Source: an uncultured Bacilli bacterium (GTDB lineage: Bacteria; Bacillota_I; Bacilli_A; RF39; UBA660). Taken from it: a DNA stretch of 33,574 bases. The position numbers and the translations under genes were made by a program. The stretch spans positions 2,855 to 36,428 of the forward strand of contig CAJTSN010000007.1 in assembly GCA_910578745.1 (NCBI GenBank). Reading direction: 5' to 3'. Shown one piece after another: positions 25,148 to 31,979 of this stretch (position 1 is its first letter; each line of letters opens with the position of its first letter). The notes under the pieces were generated by a model, which made no database searches, had not been told where the DNA came from, and saw only the letters and a program-made list of their open reading frames with translations.

Positions 25148-25759
25148 TTATAGATTATAACGCATTACATAGTTTTTGTAATTGTTATATGGTAAGTGAA
25201 ATAAACGATATGTAAGTGGCAAAATCATAATTGATTCTACGCATACACTAAACAGTATTAAGTTAGAAATTGTACTATTTGAAATTAGGATGGAACTTAT
25301 TATAAAAACAGTACATAATATTGTAGATATAATTTTTTGTTTTTCTCGTTTCTCCTTATAGATAATTGGTGCCTTTTTTGTATCTGCTGGAGCATATACA
25401 AGAAATAAAATAATAGCAATAATGCCTAATATTATTTTTATTTGTATAGGGATTACGATGTTCTTTGCTAAAAAAGGTAGTGTTAAAAAAATCATAGAAG
25501 AAGAACATAAACAAATCCAACTTTTTGTAGCATGTAATCCACAAGCATATTTCCTTAATAAATTAAAGAAAATAAACAGAATGAGTAGTTCTTTTCCAAT
25601 TCCTAATATGAATGCGATAGGGATTATAATTAATGATTTTGTAACAGTTAAATAAAAACTCTCTAAACCGTAGCGGTATTCATCTAACTCAATGTCCGTT
25701 AGATTTGGATATTCTTTTTTTAAAATACCCAGAGTTTTTTTTAAATAGTATTGTTTCAC
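25148..25759 (-). CDS. agrB: AgrB-family membrane peptidase (AgrD processing and cyclisation)
   Basis: 203 aa, polytopic. LRKYACGLHATKSWICLCSS contains the conserved His and Cys context of AgrB (R.y.GG.HA....C). Confidence 0.85.
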   Translation of the reverse strand: MKQYYLKKTLGILKKEYPNLTDIELDEYRYGLESFYLTVTKSLIIIPIAFILGIGKELLILFIFFNLLRKYACGLHATKSWICLCSSSMIFLTLPFLAKNIVIPIQIKIILGIIAIILFLVYAPADTKKAPIIYKEKREKQKIISTILCTVFIISSILISNSTISNLILFSVCVESIMILPLTYRLFHLPYNNYKNYVMRYNL

Positions 25760-25795
25760 TTTTCTATCACCGCATTTATGATAACAAATAAAAAT

Positions 25796-25816
25796 ATAGA
25801 ATGAGTTAGATTCTAT
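25796..25816. promoter_or_regulatory. 7-7-7 inverted repeat in the agrB leader/promoter region
   Basis: ATAGAAT (25796-25802), spacer gagttag, ATTCTAT (25810-25816), 37 bp upstream of the agrB start. Confidence 0.35.
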
Positions 25817-25871
25817 TTATAGGGGGTAATATTTATTTTAAAGTTTCTATTGGTAAAAATAAAACAAAAAA

Positions 25872-25901
25872 TTACATTTCAAGTATTAAAAATGACATTT
25901 C
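25872..25901. promoter_or_regulatory. LytTR-type direct repeat (9 bp, 12-bp spacer, 9 bp), candidate binding site of the adjacent AgrA-like regulator
   Basis: TTACATTTC (25872-25880), 12-nt spacer aagtattaaaaa, TGACATTTC (25893-25901). Similarity extends upstream, giving 13 of 15 identical positions over AAAAAT[T/G]ACATTTC. Confidence 0.5.
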
Positions 25902-25913
25902 GCAAAACTGTTA

Positions 25914-25942
25914 TTGAGCTTTAATTTAAAAACTGGTAAAAT
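25914..25942 (+). promoter_or_regulatory. Candidate sigma-A promoter (extended -10) reading toward the csp gene
   Basis: TTGAGC (25914-25919), a 17-nt spacer ending in TGG, then TAAAAT (25937-25942). It begins 12 bp after the direct repeat. Confidence 0.5.
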
Positions 25943-25949
25943 TTAACAT

Positions 25950-25972
25950 GTTTCCGCAGACACTACGGAAAC
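25950..25972 (+). other. 5'-proximal stem-loop of the predicted csp leader
   Basis: GTTTCCG (25950-25956), 9-nt loop, CGGAAAC (25966-25972), at the predicted transcript 5' end. Confidence 0.4.
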
Positions 25973-26097
25973 AAAAGGGAGTGGCTTATAGGGATACAAG
26001 ATTTGTCGAAATTTTTGGGTTATATTTTGTTGAATTTATAAGGTTACTAAGGTATATTTAAAGTGTAAGCAATTTTACTAGAAGGGAGATTTATGAA

Positions 26098-26313
26098 ATG
26101 ATAAAGGGTAAGGTAAAATGGTTTAATAATGAGAAAGGATACGGGTTTATAGAGTATAGTGATCGAGAAGATATATTTGTTCACTATTCTTCTATATTGT
26201 CAGAAGGTTATAAGACCTTGGTAGAAGGACAATATGTAGAGTTTGAGCTTGTAAGAACAGATAAAGGTTTGCAGGCAAAGAATGTAATTGAAATTAAAGC
26301 TACTTTGGTATAA
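26098..26313 (+). CDS. Cold-shock protein, CspA family
   Basis: [14 protein letters not shown] (RNP1) and DIFVHYS (RNP2), 71 aa. SD GAAGGGAGA upstream. Confidence 0.95.
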   Translation: MIKGKVKWFNNEKGYGFIEYSDREDIFVHYSSILSEGYKTLVEGQYVEFELVRTDKGLQAKNVIEIKATLV

Positions 26314-26327
26314 GGTAGTTTTTTTCT

Positions 26328-26355
26328 TTGAAAACTTCTCTTTTTATGTTATACT
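26328..26355 (+). promoter_or_regulatory. Candidate sigma-A promoter of hpf (extended -10)
   Basis: TTGAAA (26328-26333), a 16-nt spacer ending in TGT, then TATACT (26350-26355). Confidence 0.5.
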
Positions 26356-26377
26356 AACATTAGAAAGGATGATTTGA

Positions 26378-26908
26378 ATGAGAATAAATGCTCGTGGTAG
26401 CAAATTAGAGGTTACCGATGCGATAAGAGATTATATCAATAAAAAAATCGCAAAGCTTGATAAGTATTTCGAAAATCCTGATGAATATACAGCGAATGTT
26501 TTAATTAAAACGATAGGCAATAGCCAAACAGTGGAGGTCACAATTCCTATTCGAAAGGTGATTTTAAGAGCAGAAGAAAGTAGTGATGATTTATATAAGT
26601 CTATTGACTTAGTTAGTGAAAAGCTAGAAAGACAAATTCGAAAGAATAAGACACGACTTCTTAATAAAAAGGGACAGGAAACAATATTCATGTTTACTTT
26701 ATCCAATGATGAGAAAGAGGAAGAAGAGACTGGTGTAATTAAGAAAAGAAAACAAGTGGATATGAAACCAATGAGTGAAGAAGAAGCGATTCTCCAACTA
26801 AATTTAATAGGACATGATTTTTTCTTATTTGAAGATATGGATACAAATATGCCAGCAGTTGTTTACAAAAGAAAAGATGGAAATTACGGTGTTATAGAAA
26901 TGAAATAA
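26378..26908 (+). CDS. hpf: Ribosome hibernation-promoting factor, long form
   Basis: MRINARGSKLEVTDAIRDYINKKIAKLDKYF N-domain plus the C-terminal dimerisation domain (KPMSEEEAILQLNLIGHDFFLFED...VVYKRKDGNYGVIE). Confidence 0.9.
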   Translation: MRINARGSKLEVTDAIRDYINKKIAKLDKYFENPDEYTANVLIKTIGNSQTVEVTIPIRKVILRAEESSDDLYKSIDLVSEKLERQIRKNKTRLLNKKGQETIFMFTLSNDEKEEEETGVIKKRKQVDMKPMSEEEAILQLNLIGHDFFLFEDMDTNMPAVVYKRKDGNYGVIEMK

Positions 26909-26931
26909 AAAGTGATTTGTTCACTTTTTTT
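26908..26931 (+). terminator. Intrinsic terminator after hpf
   Basis: AAAAGTGA, loop tttgt, TCACTTTT, followed by a T-run. Confidence 0.7.
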
Positions 26932-27003
26932 GCTTATCTATTAGGAATGTCTATGTTTTTTTCACTTTTTTTGATAAAATAGATGTGGGAAAGGTTGATG
27001 TTT

Positions 27004-29490
27004 ATGAAATTTTTGAGAAGAATTTTTGATACAGAATATAAAGAATTAGAAAAGTTTAAAAAAATTGCAGAAGATATTATGGCATTAGATGAAGAATATA
27101 CAAAATTGACGGATGAGGAACTTAAAGAAAAAACAGTTGAATTTAAAGAAAGATTAAAAAATGGAGAAACATTAAATGATATTCGTGTAGAAGCTTTTGC
27201 GACGGTTCGTGAAGCTGCTTATCGTGTGATTGGAGAAAAACCTTACTTTGTTCAAATTTTGGGAGGACTTGCAATTCATGAAGGAAATATTGCTGAAATG
27301 CGTACTGGTGAAGGTAAAACGTTGACTTCTACAATGCCAGCTTATTTGAATGCTTTAACTGGAGAAGGAGTGCATATTATTACAGTCAATGAGTATTTAG
27401 CAGAAAGAGATGCTCAGTGGATGGAAAAAATCTATCAACTCTTAGGATTAACAGTAGGTATTAATTACCGAGAACTTACACCAAGTGAGAAGAAAAAAGT
27501 TTATGACTGTGATATAACTTATACAACCAATAATGAATTGGGTTTTGATTATTTACGTGATAACATGGTTGTAAAAGCACAGGATAGAGTACAAAGACCT
27601 CTTAATTTTGCTATTATTGATGAAATCGATTCTATTTTGATTGATGAGGCAAGAACACCACTTATTATTTCTGGTGGACGAATGGATTCTGCTAATCTAT
27701 ATATGGACACAGATAAGTTCGTAAAAACTTTAAAGGAAAATAATGGTTATATTTATGATGAAAAAACCAAAGCAGTTACTTTGGATAATGAAGGAATGAA
27801 ATTAGGAGAAAAGTATTTTAAGGTTGATAATTTATATGATATTAGCAATACAAATCTCGTTCATTTCATTACACAAGCATTGAAAGCAAATTATGCAATG
27901 AAATGTGATGTGGATTATGTTGTTAAAGAAGGAAGAGTTATTATTGTAGACCCTTTTACAGGTCGTTTAATGGAGGGACGTACTTTTTCTGATGGGCTTC
28001 ATCAAGCAATTGAAGCAAAAGAAGGTGTTGAAATTCAAAGAGAGATGAAGACACTAGCGACAATTACTTTTCAAAATTTGTTTCGAATGTATAAAAAACT
28101 TTCTGGAATGACTGGTACAGCCAAAACAGAAGAAGAGGAATTCCGTGATATTTATAATATGTATGTTATTCAAATTCCTACAAATAGACCTGTTGCTAGG
28201 GTAGATTATGGTGATTTAATTTTTACGACGAAAAAAGGAAAATATAAGGCAATTGTAAATGAAATTAAAGAACGACATGCTAAGGGTCAACCCGTTTTAG
28301 TGGGAACAATTGCGGTAGAGACAAGCGAATTATTAAGCTCTATGTTAAAAAAAGAAGGAATTAAACATGAAGTATTAAATGCGAAAAATCATGCACGTGA
28401 AGCCGAAATTATTGCCCATGCTGGAGAAAAGGGGTCAGTGACCATTGCTACGAATATGGCTGGTCGTGGAACGGATATTAAAATTAGTGATGAAGTGAAA
28501 GAACTTGGAGGTTTATTTGTAATTGGAACAGAAAGACATGAGTCAAGACGTATTGATAACCAATTACGTGGTCGTTCAGGTCGTCAAGGAGATCCGGGTG
28601 CTTCTCAGTTTTGTGTATCATTTGAAGATGAACTTATGGTTCGTTTTGGTGGAGAACGTGCGAAGGCTGCACTTTCCCGTGTAGGTGCAGATGAAGATAT
28701 GTCACTTCGACTTGGCTTTGTTTCCAAATCTGTTGAGTCAGCTCAAAAAAGAATTGAAGGAAATAATTTCGACTCAAGAAAAAATTTATTACAATATGAC
28801 GATGTCATCAATAAGCAAAGGGAATATATTTATGAAAGAAGAAATGAAATTCTAGATTCTGAATCGATTCATGATATTGTCTTAGAAACTTTTAAAAATT
28901 TTATTGCTAGTTTTGTACAAGATCATATTGCTCCTGAGGATAAATTAACAGAGGAAGATTTAAAAGAAATTTTGGAATATACAAATGAGCATTTATTGAA
29001 AAATAAATTGTCTTTGGAACAATTGAGTGACAATATTGATGAATTGATTATTGATATTTATGATAGAACTGTTAAGGAATATGAAGAAAAATTAAGTGCA
29101 CTGCCAGCAGAGATAACCAATGAATTTGAAAAGGCGATTATGCTTCGAGTAATTGATACAAGATGGACGAATCATATTAGCACAATGTCTAATTTAAGAG
29201 AAGGAATTGGCTTACGTGGGTATACTGAAAATCCACTTAGAGCTTATACTGTAGAGGGATATGAGCTTTATGAACAACTATTAGATGCCATTGATAATGA
29301 AGTTACTTTATTTTTACTTAATGCTGAGATAAGACAAAATGTAGAAAGAGAGCAAGTAATTAAAGGAGAAGCCGTAAATGATGCTTCTAAACTAAAGAAA
29401 AGTGGACCAAAAAGGGTAGAAAAAATAGGTCGAAATGACCTGTGTCCATGTGGTTCGGGCAAAAAATACAAGCAATGCTGCGGAAAGTGA
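27004..29490 (+). CDS. secA: Preprotein translocase ATPase SecA
   Basis: MRTGEGKTL Walker A, IIDEIDSILIDEARTPLIISG DEAD-like motif, TNMAGRGTDI, and C-terminal Zn motif CPCGSGKKYKQCCG. ATG 27004 lies 9 nt after GGGAAAGG (alternative ATGs at 26983 and 26998). Confidence 0.95.
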   Translation: MKFLRRIFDTEYKELEKFKKIAEDIMALDEEYTKLTDEELKEKTVEFKERLKNGETLNDIRVEAFATVREAAYRVIGEKPYFVQILGGLAIHEGNIAEMRTGEGKTLTSTMPAYLNALTGEGVHIITVNEYLAERDAQWMEKIYQLLGLTVGINYRELTPSEKKKVYDCDITYTTNNELGFDYLRDNMVVKAQDRVQRPLNFAIIDEIDSILIDEARTPLIISGGRMDSANLYMDTDKFVKTLKENNGYIYDEKTKAVTLDNEGMKLGEKYFKVDNLYDISNTNLVHFITQALKANYAMKCDVDYVVKEGRVIIVDPFTGRLMEGRTFSDGLHQAIEAKEGVEIQREMKTLATITFQNLFRMYKKLSGMTGTAKTEEEEFRDIYNMYVIQIPTNRPVARVDYGDLIFTTKKGKYKAIVNEIKERHAKGQPVLVGTIAVETSELLSSMLKKEGIKHEVLNAKNHAREAEIIAHAGEKGSVTIATNMAGRGTDIKISDEVKELGGLFVIGTERHESRRIDNQLRGRSGRQGDPGASQFCVSFEDELMVRFGGERAKAALSRVGADEDMSLRLGFVSKSVESAQKRIEGNNFDSRKNLLQYDDVINKQREYIYERRNEILDSESIHDIVLETFKNFIASFVQDHIAPEDKLTEEDLKEILEYTNEHLLKNKLSLEQLSDNIDELIIDIYDRTVKEYEEKLSALPAEITNEFEKAIMLRVIDTRWTNHISTMSNLREGIGLRGYTENPLRAYTVEGYELYEQLLDAIDNEVTLFLLNAEIRQNVEREQVIKGEAVNDASKLKKSGPKRVEKIGRNDLCPCGSGKKYKQCCGK

Positions 29491-29593
29491 GTATTTATAA
29501 GGATTTGCGAGGATTTTGCAAATTTAAAAAATGTTAACAAATTCATATTTGTTTACAAATGATTTAAAAAGTATGGCTTAATGCCTTAAAAAT

Positions 29594-29630
29594 AAAGGAT
29601 GTAAACAGAAAAAATATGTGAACATCCTTT
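29594..29630. repeat. 9-bp perfect inverted repeat just upstream of the KilA-N gene
   Basis: AAAGGATGT (29594-29602), 19-nt spacer, ACATCCTTT (29622-29630). Confidence 0.4.
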
Positions 29631-29659
29631 TAAAATTCAAGAAAGTGAGGTAATATCTA

Positions 29660-30544
29660 TTGAAAAAAGATGAAGTAACAGCAGAAATAATTGTAAAAGA
29701 AAATAAAGTAGGAATTTTAAGAGTAGGAAATGTAAATTATATTTCATTAACAGATTTGGCTAAGTATCAAAATTCTAGTGATCCATCTTTTACAGTAAAA
29801 AATTGGTTAAGAAGAATTACAACCATTGACTACATTGGTTTATGGGAAGAAATTCATAATCCTAATTTTAATTTGGTCGAATTCGACCAAATTAAAACGG
29901 AGTATGGTAGAAACTCTTTTGCAATGTCTCCATCACAGTGGATTAAAAGAACTAATGCAGTAGGTATTATCTCTAAAGGTGGAAGGTATAGCATTGGAAC
30001 TTTCGCACATCCAGATATTGCATTTGAATTTGCCAGTTGGTTATCTCCAGAATTTAAGTTATATTTAATAACTGAATTTGAGAGATTAAAAACTAATGAA
30101 GCATATCAAGAAAAAGTAGATTGGCAAGCTAATAGAATACTTTCAAAGTTAAACTATGTAGTTCATACTGATGCAGTAAAGACTTATATAGTTCCAACGC
30201 TTACAGAAGCACAAAAGAAATTCGTATATGCGGAAGAGGCAGATGTTTTAAATGTTGCATTATTTGGTATGACGGCTAAAGAATGGAGAGATAATAATCC
30301 AGAGTTGGCAAAAGAGGGAAATATGAGGGATTATACTGACTTACTACATTTAGTAATATTAAATAATCTTCAAAATACAAATGCGGAATTGATTGAAGAA
30401 AAAGTACCTCAAAATGAAAGACTTGTTAGACTCAATAATTCTGCAAGAAGACAAATGAAAGTATTAAAAAACAATAAGAACATCAAAGAATTAGAATTAT
30501 TACAAAAACAAGTTAATGAAGAAAAAGAATTATTAATTGATTAA
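29660..30544 (+). CDS. KilA-N domain-containing protein
   Basis: ISLTDLAKY..., NWLRRITTIDYIGLWEEIHNPNF, GGRYSIGTFAHPDIAFEFASWLSPEFKLYLITEFERLK fits the KilA-N DNA-binding family pattern. TTG start 9 nt after GTGAGG. Confidence 0.7.
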   Translation: MKKDEVTAEIIVKENKVGILRVGNVNYISLTDLAKYQNSSDPSFTVKNWLRRITTIDYIGLWEEIHNPNFNLVEFDQIKTEYGRNSFAMSPSQWIKRTNAVGIISKGGRYSIGTFAHPDIAFEFASWLSPEFKLYLITEFERLKTNEAYQEKVDWQANRILSKLNYVVHTDAVKTYIVPTLTEAQKKFVYAEEADVLNVALFGMTAKEWRDNNPELAKEGNMRDYTDLLHLVILNNLQNTNAELIEEKVPQNERLVRLNNSARRQMKVLKNNKNIKELELLQKQVNEEKELLID

Positions 30545-30550
30545 AGTAGA

Positions 30551-30586
30551 AGAGTGTTAACAAACAATGTTAATGCTCTTTTGTTT
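30551..30586 (+). terminator. Intrinsic terminator after the KilA-N gene
   Basis: 12-bp stem AGAGTGTTAACA pairs with TGTTAATGCTCT (two G-U pairs), 5-nt loop, followed by TTTTGTTTT. Confidence 0.6.
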
Positions 30587-30612
30587 TATATAGAAAAGGA
30601 AAGGATGATTAT

Positions 30613-31892
30613 ATGAGAAGAGTAAATATAAGAAAAAGAGGAAAGGTTTATCAATATCAATTTGAAATTGGAACTATTAATGGGAAAAGGAAGTTTATTA
30701 ATAAGTCAGGCTTTAAAACTCAGAATGAAGCATATGCTGCTGGACAACTTGCTTATGAAAAATATATAAATGGAGGTGTAACTTTTAAACAATCGCAAAT
30801 GTTATATTCTGATTATTTAGATTATTGGATGAAGGAATATTTTGAAATTAATTATAAATACACAACAGCTAAGAGATATTCTGAAGCATTTGAATCTATT
30901 AAAAAGGAATTAGGTAAATATAGATTAGCATATCTAACTCCTTATGTACTAAATCAAGCATTACTTAGAATTGCTCAAAAAGTAAATTCAAAAGATGCAT
31001 TAAGAAATTATCAAAAGGTGATTAGAAGTTCATTAAGGGATGCTGCCTATTATTTTGGTTTTATTGAGAATAATCCTGCAGCTGATTTACAATTACCTAG
31101 ATTCTATTCTTTTGAGGTAAAAAAAACGATGTAAAACATATCTATACTCAAGAAGAAATTGATATGATATTGTTGAGATTCAAAAATAACTATACTTTTA
31201 CTTGTGCATTCCTGACAGCATGTTATACAGGAATGAGAACAGGAGAAGTGTTAGCTTTGACATGGGATGATATAGACTTAGAAAAACAAATAATAAAAGT
31301 TAATAAAACAGTATATGCAAAGACTAAAGATGAAAATGGTAGATGGTATTTGGGTACAACTAAAACAGAGGGTAGTTGTCGAGATGTTTATATCTGTGAT
31401 ACTTTAAAAATAGCATTGCAAAACTACAAAAAGAATCAAGAAAATAACAAAAAACTATATAGAAAAAGCTATCATAATTATTATTTAAAAGAAGTTAAAA
31501 ATAAATATGGTAAGATTGTAGAATATAAAATAATTGAACTCAAACATAAATCTAAAAATAGATCACAAATCAATTTAGTCTTTACAAAAAATGATGGGAG
31601 CTATTCTGGAACAGATTTACTCAGGTATCCATTTAAAATTATTCATAAAGAACTAAATATTAAGAATTGTAGATTTTATGATTTAAGAGGAAGCTTTGCA
31701 ACTAAGACATTAAGAGGTGGAATTGAAATTAAAGATGTTTCTAGTGTACTTGGACATAGTAGAGTAGAAACCACAGAAAATTATTATATTAGTAGCAATG
31801 AAGAAACAAAAAGAAGTGCAAGTGAGTCGTTTGAACAAATAGTACAATCTAAAGTAATTGATGAGATAATAAATTACGATACAGAAAAATAA
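30613..31892 (+). pseudogene. Tyrosine recombinase (phage/ICE-type integrase) split into two ORFs by a frame break in an A8 run
   Basis: ORF 30613..31134 carries the arm-binding N-terminus (RKRGKVYQYQFEI) and the SAM-like core-binding domain. ORF 31164..31892 carries catalytic TGMRTGEV (Arg), YDLRGSFAT, LGHSRVETTENYY (His-x-x-Arg and Tyr). The downstream frame is open from 31116 and the two frames meet in AAAAAAAA (31119-31126). Confidence 0.75.
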
Positions 31893-31979
31893 TTAATTCT
31901 TAAGTATATTATAATTTGTCAAAATATGGTAAAATAAACAATAATTAAAAATTACTAAAAAAGTGAGGAAAAGTTGATT

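Noticed and set aside
25356-25655. ORFs 25356..25544 (minus strand, different frame) and 25422..25655 (plus strand) inside agrB
   Set aside because: They are nested in the AgrB coding region, have no translation signals and have low-complexity products.
25948-26061. 37-codon ORF (MFPQTLRKQKGVAYRDTRFVEIFGLYFVEFIRLLRYI) in the csp leader, a tempting delta-toxin or PSM-like analogue next to the LytTR repeats
   Set aside because: It has no SD and could only be translated from a leaderless mRNA. Codons 2-8 are locked in the 25950-25972 hairpin. An ORF of this length is expected by chance in AT-rich DNA. It would be worth revisiting only if ribosome profiling shows occupancy.
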